A DNA stretch of 64,000 nt, taken from Eledone cirrhosa (Eukaryota). Numbering within the stretch: position 1 is the stretch's first letter; every line of letters starts with the position of its first letter. The stretch spans positions 156,550,001-156,614,000 of the forward strand of contig OZ024743.1 of NCBI GenBank assembly GCA_964016885.1, given 5' to 3'. The notes under the pieces are model-generated. The model saw nothing but the letters and a program-made list of their open reading frames with translations. It did no database searches and was not told the DNA's origin. Positions 53,945 through 64,000 of this stretch are shown here, in pieces. The position numbers were made by a program, and so were the translations under genes.

Positions 53945-54058
53945 AGCAACGTGAAATAAAGTGCCTTGCTCAAGGACATAACGCATCGCCCGGTCCAGGA
54001 ATCGAACTCACAACCTCACGATTGTGAAACCAATTCTCTAACCACTCATCCACATGCC
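53945..54058 (-). mobile_element. SINE family A (tRNA-like head)
   Basis: Minus strand: aggcatgtggatgagtggttagag...gagttcgattcctggacc...gtccttgagcaaggcactttatttcacgttgct. Confidence 0.78.
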
Positions 54059-54059
54059 T

Positions 54060-54402
<343 letters not shown>

Positions 54403-54882
54403 TACAGTTGTATGATTGCATGAAAAATGCATCCGTAGGAGAGGTATGCCTGTTGAACCCTCGATGCTCACGCAGAGCAGAGTATAGTACTATAAGGATA
54501 AGGAACTAGGATTCAGTGTTGCATCATAAGATATTTAATAACGTATTACACATGTTTCACAATCGATCAGCTCGAGGCATGACCTATTATAGATCGAACC
54601 TGACTCTGTAATCGAAAGGTCATCAGATATGCTTAGTGTATGAATTTGGCTCCAATTCTGTGTGTTCAAATCTCTAGCTATAATTATCTACAGCACATAT
54701 TAGCATCATGTTATTGTACGCCCGTCCATTGGTTCAACTATCCCATCATCATCATCAGTCTATCCTCAAGGTAACCGCTGTCTGTCCTCCGGCCAGTCTG
54801 TCGCGCGCCTTCAGGCGTGGGAAGTAGGTGGCCTGCCATTTACTGCTAGATTTAATGTTCATATGCAACCGATATCTCCACA

Positions 54883-54884
<2 letters not shown>

Positions 54885-54958
<74 letters not shown>

Positions 54959-54989
54959 CACACACGCACACACACACACACACACACAT

Positions 54990-55044
<55 letters not shown>

Positions 55045-55045
55045 T
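54885..55045. repeat. (CA)n/(TA)n microsatellite
   Basis: Direct read. Confidence 0.95.
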
Positions 55046-56394
55046 ATACAGACACATTTGCACACATACATAGACACACACATATACATACATATATATG
55101 TAAATCAACACGGACATATATGTATACGCGCACATATGTGTGCATCCACAAAAATACACGTGCACACCCATCCATCCATGTAGATAAATATACACCCATA
55201 TATTTAATAAAGGACATAAAGTGAATAGCCGCTCTTACAAAGAGATGAGATGATTAATGCAAGTATTAATTGTTCATCCATATATTACGCAATCAGGAAG
55301 ATTTGGAGCTACAACAACACCACATACTTCATGTAAATGATCAACATAACTACTTTAGTACTGCGAGAATTCGAACTCATATATTCGACTTTTATGAAAG
55401 CACATTTGCCACTCAGCAATGTCCCATCATTTATATTTTCGAAAGAGTGATTTACTTCAGACAATAGGAAGATATTTTTAGATTGTATTCAAACAAGTGG
55501 AACATTTTATTTGGCAATGATTGAGAGAAGTTGTGCATCATTGTTACAGAAGGTGACTAAAATTCAATAATTATGGTTTTGAGAGAATATTCAACAAATA
55601 ATCAATTCTCCTAATGGTAAGCTCTATATATTAACAGAATGTATTTTTGTTTGTTTGTTTGTTTGTTTGTTTTTTTTGTTTTTATTGAGAATATATGATT
55701 ATCTATGTTCCACCGTATTTGTATTTATACATGAATGTATGTTTGTTCTCGTATTGTAGGCAAACTGCAGTATATTCATGTGTAAGCATCTTGACCTTTA
55801 TTACATATTATGGGTTTATGGTGCACTAGAATTGAGTGTCGCGTTTTATAGTCTGGCAGTTTCCATTTATTCTGTTAACATTTATGTTTTTTTGTTATTT
55901 GAATTGCTGCTGATTTTCTCTATTAAATACATAGTATTTTAGCCATACAGATGTTTGGGTTTAACTAATATATGTACGGCTTCTTGACAAATGTATTCTA
56001 AAGCCGAGTCAATGCTAATATTTAATTATCATTCATCTCCTTGTTGATTGGGTTTCTAGATCGGAAACTATACCCGTTGATGAGCAGAAGGGATAGAATA
56101 ATAGACAAAATAATTAGAGGTATATGGCAACATCCCACAACATTCTGAGTTTAAATCATTTTCTCTGGTCGACATGGTTCTTCATCCTGCGGCAACTGAT
56201 GAAATAATCGCGTTTAATCCGAGAATGTTGATAAATAATCGACTTTAAACTTAAATTTATTGGTAGATTGTTAGCTCAGTCCACCGCCAAAAACCAGCAA
56301 CAGTTTAAAACAATATTCCATGTAGTTGATGTTCTATTGTTATTAATTCTTTGGTAAACTTTGCTAGAGCAAACCTGCTGTAAATTACTCAAGC

Positions 56395-56840
56395 CGTTCT
56401 TTCTTTCTTTTTAACGCTAAACTCTGGCAGTCGCAGAATGCGCATCAACACGAGATATTTCTCTCCACAAAGTTCGATTACCAACAGCAGAATTCAAAGA
56501 GCAAAGATCAAGTCCTGTCCATAAGTTGACATTATCAAGCCTTGGTTTTTGCTGCCGGCCTCTGCTCCTCTTACCAGCCAACCTTCCTTCCAGGCATAAC
56601 CTACTCACACCATGAGTTGATATTTTTATAGAACCGTATCATTTTAGTACTCTTGACTTTAGAATTGACATAATTGGTCTGAGTTTGGTAATGTTGAGCA
56701 ACTCACTGATACAGCTACGGTTGCTGAGTTGCTTGCCGATCATAAGTTTCATGATGTGGTTCTGGCATTTAGAGAGCTTCTGAAGTGACCTTGCCTTCCA
56801 ATTAACACAGTCAAAACCATATAATACAACTGGTAGGATG
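56395..56840 (-). mobile_element. RTE-clade LINE 3' fragment
   Basis: LEGRLAGKRSRGRQQKPRLDNVNLWTGL...NRTLWRE, with a short AAG-rich tail. Confidence 0.72.
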
Positions 56841-58934
56841 TACGTGTCTTATCCTTAGATCTTAGCCAAAGATCAAGCCGTAGCTATCCGCAAATATATA
56901 ACTGGGATTATATTATCTATTCATCATTCTATAATTTGAGACAACAAATTGTGAATTGCTAGAAATGTGGCCCTATGTTAAAGCAAGTTAAATGACAACA
57001 TACATGGTCGTCATTTTGCTTGACTCTGATTGTTTTTATCTACATTCTGTTATAGTTGATTTTGATGAGGCGGTTTAGTCACGTCTTACAAAAGTCAAAT
57101 TGTCCATAGTTATTTTACTTTCACAGAGAAACTATTAATGTTTACTTTATAAAATGTAGTCTTCTTTGAAAGAGTAGGGTGTGATTCAACAGAGAGGCAG
57201 ATAAAGAGGGAACATTTAGGCCATTACTGTACTGGCAATTTATATATTGATCTCATGGGTATTTGAACTCAGAGCAGTAAGAGGTGTTTGAAATGAATGC
57301 CACAATGTATTCTATCCAGTGTTCTACAAAACATTCTATTCAGTGCTTCGCTGCCTTTACACACAAATATACACGCACACTAACCCAGATTTTTATATGA
57401 AGCAATAATGGTAAATTGAATCAACAGTCGATCTCTATGAATAATGGCTTTTAGTCTTAACATTTTTAGTAAGCACCAATGCACCTTCTTCGGGTACCCA
57501 GTATATATTGCTGATGACCACAGTATATATCGGTTGCTTATAATCCAATTCTCTAATATACGATACATGGTTTGTCAAGAAATTAGAACTTGATCCAGTA
57601 ATGAAAATGTATGTTTTCGTTATCTTTGTATTTATTCATTTAGTTTTTATCGATGGAAAAATGCATGATGTAAAGTAAATGATATTTCTCATTATCATTA
57701 CATAGATTTTAATACTTACTTGTCTAAATTAGGCCTTCCAGACAGTGACCAAGTCATCATAAATGTTGGCAGTGTGTACTCAATATTTAGGAATCAATTT
57801 TGCTTCCTTTTCTGATTTATTTATAGATAAATTTGTTATTTCTAGCTGTTATATATACTACGTAGAGGTTTCTTCGTTGTTTCACGCATACATTTATTGT
57901 TTAGGGAAGTGTAACTATAATGCTATGATAAGCACGAATGGTAAGTGCTTATGGTGATGAACTCAACTAGTAAATAGATCAAGAATTAAAACCATCAACA
58001 CATAAATGAAAATTTATCGGCAAATTACTATAGAAATAATTCGAGTGTGAATAATATATATCCAAAATTAATTTGGGTGATATTTTTAGCATATAAACGC
58101 ATTATTGTTGCTAATTTTCTGTTTATATCATATATTCCCTCCTTTACCGTTGTCTATTTCGTTCTCATTCTAATTTATCAAATTCTTTAGTTCACAGACC
58201 AAAATATGTGTTTATGTTGCGTGCTAAATGGCCTATATTTCAATGGATTTATATTGGTTAATGAGAATAGAATAATTCGCCGTCGTGCTCAGAAGCAACT
58301 TATTTTCTTAGATATGAAATAAATATCTAATTAAATTTATTCGAGACACTAAATAATGTTGAGTGCCTTTATGAAAATAGAGTATGCCAGAAAAAAGTAT
58401 GCATATGTTGATTAATTGTAATAATCTGAAACCGCGATAGATTTCCCAGGAAAAATATGGAATGTATATTTTTTTGTATATACTAGTAGACCGAAACGCG
58501 TCGGGAGAAAGGAGGAAGAGTTACGTACAAGGTCTCAATATATAAGTATGAATGATGAATGTTAATGCTGAATTAATGAATGATGAATTTTAATACATAA
58601 ACGTATTAACAAAGAGAATCATAATCTTAATGATGTTTCCAACATCGATGATTGGTGATCGATACTGATTGCTTTATTCGATGGTGAACATTCTGATTCT
58701 CTGAAACTGATCTGCGTAGTATGTATGTAAGTACAACAATATTTTATCATCAAAGATTATATTTTTCAATTTGTATTTAAATCTACATATCAATTGCTGT
58801 ATATATATATATATGTATATTTAAATATAGTGTGGGTAGTTCTATGGGTTACCTTCGGACAACCACTTGCGAAACGCGCGTAACAAGTCGATACACAATA
58901 AATATCTTTTACATGTAAATGAAACTTCCTCATT

Positions 58935-61640
58935 TTTATTATTATTATTATTATAATTGCATTTATCTTGCTTTATGTTCATACGAGTTATCACCAAGTC
59001 ACAACCGGTGAACTCAAGAGACAACAAGGTCCGCCATGTTCAAGAAAGAACCTACATACTCACACATGCATCTTTAATGTTTAGACTTGTGATGTACTTT
59101 TATTGACAGAATCTTCCTTAGTATATGGGCAGTTCCCATTAGTATTATCTTTTGTGTTTCTCCTATACCCGGGTTTCCTGGGATTTGCGATAAGTAATCA
59201 TTAGACCCCTTAGGTATCATTCCCAGAGCGCCTACAACAACTGGTATTGGTTTAGTTCTCAATTTCCACATTTTTTCCAATTTCTACCTCCAGGTCCTTA
59301 TACTTGCTCAAGTTTTCAAATGTTTTTATAGATACATTCTTGTCTATTGGAACAGACATATCAATTAGCAGGCATACCCTCTTTTTAAAGTCCTTCAATA
59401 TTATATCAGGTCTATTTGCATCTATAGGTCGGTCTGTTTGGATGCTAAAGTTGCACAAGATTGAGATGTGATCTTTTTCAAGTATGGGAGGTGGTTGAAT
59501 CTCCCACCAATTCTTTTGATGGGGCAGGTCAAAATGCTTACACATTATCCAATGTATGTATTGTGCAGCTCTGTCATGCCTGTTTAGGTATTCGGTTGGA
59601 GCTATAGGACTGCACATTGAAATTATATGGTCAATGGTCTCTGGTTGTTTTTTGCATACACGGCATAATGGGCTGCATCCATTTTTTATTATGTTGGCTT
59701 GGTCATTTTTTGTTGGCAGACACTGATCTTGTGCTGATATAATCAGTCCTTCAGTCTCCGATTTCAGTCCAGAGGATGCCAACCACTGATGGCTTAAAGT
59801 TTTGTGAACATGTTAGCTCGCTCTAGGTATTTTCCATACAGAGGCTTTTCTTGCCATTTCTTAGCCAGTTTCTGTAGCAGTTCTTTCTTTGCAGTTACTT
59901 TTACCTGCGTTGCTTTTTCTGTGTTTTCCATTTCAGCAGTAAATGGGATTTCTGAAATTTGTAGTCCATTACTGTATCTTTGTGCATCTTTTGTAATGGA
60001 ATATGATCTTTTGATGCTTTCGTGTTTCAAAACGAGTTTGATCATCCAATCATGTGATTCCCTTAGATATGTAGATAATCCAATTGTTGCAGTTTTCAAC
60101 GCAATGTCTAACTAGATTAACCCCCGTCCTCCTTCTTTCCTAGGGAGATATATTCTATCAATATCTGCCTTAACCATGCATTCTGTGCATGGTTAAGAAT
60201 TTTCAAATGTTTGTATCGAGCCTACGGATCTCTGTGCTTGACCAGTTGATGACATTGTAACTGTAGGTTACTACTGGTATGGCAAGCGTGTTTATGGCAT
60301 CGATCCTATTCCTTGCAACAAATCCGTTCTTAAGATTGCTCTTACTCTGCGGTAACATTCCTTCCTTATCCTTTCCCTCATTGTCGAGTAATTGATTCCG
60401 TCTCCTTCACAAACACCAAGATATTTGTAAGTTTTTTCTTGATCAAATTCTCTTATCACGTTCACCCGATCAGGATTAATGTCTGAACTCTTCAACAGCT
60501 TTCCTTTGGTGAACGTTGCCTTGGCGCATTTATCTAGTCCAAACTCCATTTTAATGTCATCACTGAACTGCTCCACAGTGAATAATAGCCCTTGCAATTG
60601 TTCATCATTTTTTGCAAATAGTTTCAGGTCATCCATGTAGAACAAGTGATTAATGGTTTTGTCATAGACTTTATATCCATGTTTTGTTTCATTGAGCATT
60701 TTACTTAATGGTATAAGGGTGAAGCAGAATAAAAGCGGTGATAAAGAGTCACCCTAAAAAATTCCACAATTAATATTAACTTCTCCAGCTTCCAGTGATT
60801 TTGTTTCACTATTCAAAAGGAGTGTCGTTTTTCATGTCTTCATACTGAATGACAAGAACCTCCTGACAACGGGGGATATTTTGAAATTATCTAAACATTT
60901 TTCAATCCAACTGTGTGGCAAACTATCGAATGCTTTTTTATAATCTATCCAAGCAATCGATAGATTTTTGTGTCTATTATGACAATATTCCAGTATCATT
61001 TCGTTAACCAAAAGCTGATCCTTACAGCCATATGAGCCTCGTTTACATCCGTTCTGCAAGTTATCGGTCTGTAATTTCTGGGATTGTTTGTCTCATCATT
61101 CTTCGGAAGCAGGAATGTAATGCCGTTAACTAGCCATGATGGTATCTTTTCTGGCTCCTTAACTATTTCATTGTAAAGTTGGGCTAACAGCTCATGAGAC
61201 TATGTGAAGGCATTTATCCAAAAATGTTGTATTTTCTCTTTTCCTGGAGATTTCCATTTGCTGGTTTCTCTTAGAGCCAAGCGCAACTGTTCAACTGTTA
61301 TATTTTCCCATATTCGTTCCTGAAGGTGAGCAGTATCTTTCATTTGTCTGTCTATCCATGGGGCATGTATGTTATGAACTTTTTCTTCGGAACAGATCTT
61401 TTCCCAGAATTCTTGCACATCCTCCTTGGGTGGTATTGATTTAGCAGTTATTGTTGTCTTACCAATTTTTCTGTAGAACTTTATTTGGTTGTTTTTGAAC
61501 ATATTATTGTCCTTATAGAATCTAGAACGTTTTTCAAAGCGCCTTATACGAGCAGCTTTGGCCGACACGTTTTGCTTGATTATTTCTATCAGCATGTCTA
61601 TGTCACTTGTTGATTTTATACTGTACTTTCTTTTCAATTT
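58935..61640 (-). mobile_element. R4/Dong-clade non-LTR retrotransposon (RT + restriction-like endonuclease), 5'-truncated pseudogene
   Basis: IAWIDYKKAFDSL; GDSLSPLLF; HLFYMDDLKLF; CRVC..ETIDHIISMC; RHD; RPDII..LIDMSVP..K..KY. (TAA)n at both ends. Confidence 0.92.
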
Positions 61641-61894
61641 ATTATTATTATTATTATTAATATTATTATTATTATTGAATGCTATGGTTGACGGAGGCTC
61701 GGCTCTGTAAGGTATTGTAAATTTTGAACACTATAACAATTGTAAATTGTTTAAAACTTTAACGAACTTGTAGACAAAAACACCCTCCTCCTCGTGAGAG
61801 GGGTCTTTCTGCCCGTTATTTGGCCCTTCGGAGTTAAATAACTGCTTATTGGGGTTTTGTACCCAATATTTATTTTAAACAAAAAAAAAACAAC

Positions 61895-63966
61895 ATGGCT
61901 CCGAAAAAGAAATTTCATAGGTCACTCCCACTCATTCCGTCTTCTTCTTCCTCAATAATCACTACAGCAGAGAGAAGATTGTCTCTCTCCCTCCCTTCTC
62001 TTTCGCAAGCGACGAAAGAAAAGAAAAGTCTCGTGCAAAGCGTGCAATGTTTCTCCACGACGACGACGACAGCGACGAAACAGGTGTGCGGGAAATACGA
62101 AAACCCATTTCATTCGTCTGACGTCAGGAATAATAGCAGTAGCAGCCGTAATAACAACAGCAACAGTGACAATGAAAACAACAGTAGCAGCCGCAACAGC
62201 ATCACCAGCAGCATAAACAACAACAGCATTAGCAGCAGCAACACCAACAACAACCACAGCAACAGCGGCGGAGGCAGTAGTCGTAGTACCTGCAGCAACA
62301 ACAAAGGTAACAGCAGCTCTGACGACAACAACAACAACAGCAGCAAAGAAAAACCAATCTCATTTGCAGGTATTGCGAAAAACTTGGAAACAATCCTCAT
62401 AACAAATGAGGAATTAGAGGAAGCGAAGAAGATGGTGACAAAGACTGGACACCGAACAATCTGCAAGGCAGCGGAAAAATGTTTCGAAACCCAACAGCAC
62501 TGTACGGTCACGTACCGTACAGTAAGTACAAAATCCCGTAGGGTGGAAAGAGCCACAGAGGCTCAAATACAAAAAGCCTTGGGGTCTGTGTGGCAGCAGA
62601 AAACGCACATCACCCGAGGAAAAAAGTATGCCACCGTAGACGTACTTTTTGCCACACCCCAGGAGGCAAAGGCCCAATCCGTAGTGACCCTAAGGAGCGA
62701 GTAAATGGTGTTGGTGCCCTCCTACTGCGGGCAAACAATTGTGAGGGTCAAACTGACCCCCCCCCCCGGGATGGCCCCTTCTTGGCTGGGCGCGTCTGTC
62801 CTTGTCGGATTCGAGGACAAAACAACTGTACTGCATGTACAGAAAAACGTAAGAGAAGATTGGGTTGGCACCTCCATTGAGATGCTAATCCAAACCCACC
62901 AGGAGTGCATCGAAGCTATCCCGGATGTGATAGACTTCGATAACGGCACTCAACTGCCCATAAGTGTTGAAGGAAAACGCCCGAAATGCTTTCGCTGTGG
63001 ATCGAAGACTCACCTCAGGGCCTTCTGCAACGAGAAGACCCTGAGAAAGGAGAAAACCCCCCTCCTTCCGAAACCGGCTCCACGGCTACCAGCAACAGGA
63101 CAAGCGGCAACCAGGAACGACAGGTCCGTGGCACCCATACCCACGCCATGGAAATCAAAAACAGCAGCAGCAGTGGAATATTAACAACAACAACAGCAAT
63201 ACCAAATGCAGCTGAAACAGAGACTCCAGTGCAAACATCAACAACAACAACAAGTCAAAGAGTGGTGCTGGTACCCCTTCCCGACCTCACAGAATCAGAC
63301 ATGGAGTGTGAGGTGGGAGAGGGATGGCAAAAAGTCGTAAGAAGGCACAAACGCAGAAGCAGCGCATCGTCGCCTTTGAAAAGTGAGGAAAGAAATGAGA
63401 AAAGGGTAAAGTCTACTGCAAAGAGACCCACAGCAGCAACACCACCAACACCATCACCACCCACACTAGCACCACCATCACCACCGGCGACAACTCCACC
63501 GCCAACAACACCTTCAACACCACCACCACAAGCACCAACATCGCAAACACAACAACAAAACACACACACCCAGCAACAACGACAAGAAAATAGCAGAACC
63601 ACACCCCACCCCCAGAAAAACAAATGCACGGCAATAAATACACACAACAACAAACTAATGACTTACATAATTGAACACACAGACATTTCACAACAGGACT
63701 ACATAATACCAGCACCAATCAAAACGCCAACTAACATAAGACTGCTAAAAATAGCACAGAAACAATACACGAACATTAAAACGAAATTCCCCAACGCAGT
63801 TGGTGATTTCAGGGACCTAGGAGGAACTAACAATCGAAGAGTATATTCAGACATTCCCATAGAAGAGCCGACGACCAGCCGAAGGGACGATTCAACGGTC
63901 CCTTCACCAGACGATCAAGTGAAAAGGGATGTAAAAACCATCCCTCCTCTACCAAAAGTACGGTAA
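61895..63966 (+). pseudogene. Gag-like ORF1 with CCHC zinc knuckle, probably of a Tx1/L1-type LINE (one stop, one frameshift)
   Basis: Three contiguous ORFs. ISVEGKRPKCFRCGSKTHLRAFC; GWQKVVRRHKRR basic motif; N/S-rich and P/T-rich tracts. Confidence 0.7.
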
Positions 63967-64000
63967 GTGGTCTTTCCCATCTTTTCCACTCTATTTTAAA

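Noticed and set aside
53990-54058. tRNA gene
   Set aside because: The A/B boxes run into the SINE body; no complete cloverleaf or acceptor stem.
57385-57555. Possible minus-strand host exon (AG..GT-bounded open frame); similar weak candidate at ~655-700
   Set aside because: No recognisable protein similarity. Short open frames and splice-like dinucleotides are expected by chance; needs RNA-seq.
58440-58885. gaaacgcgtc and gaaacgcgcgta HHR 3' halves
   Set aside because: No CUGANGA upstream of either.

Overview
AT-rich eukaryotic (animal) DNA made almost entirely of transposable elements and microsatellites. No host gene could be recognised. The SINE family and (TA)n density suggest a mollusc, probably a cephalopod (inference). 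Contents: a Helitron (2405-11460, both termini visible) with a nested Penelope-like element (PLE); several Naiad-type and Neptune-type PLEs with inverted pseudo-LTRs; Tx1/L1, R4/Dong, RTE and CR1 LINE remnants; a hAT-like transposase remnant; two SINE families; a non-autonomous Helitron; foldback elements. The most striking signal is about 17 type I hammerhead ribozyme (HHR) motifs, intact or decayed. Several lie in non-coding, terminally redundant or tandem elements embedded in (TA)n, with units of about 318, 403 and 664 nt; a 645-nt element has the same architecture but no intact core. These look like retrozyme-type parasites of the PLEs that may make circular RNA. One family has an HHR with a ~95-nt branched stem II and a compensatory base-pair change between copies. 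All structures were read by eye and coordinates are approximate to a few bases.
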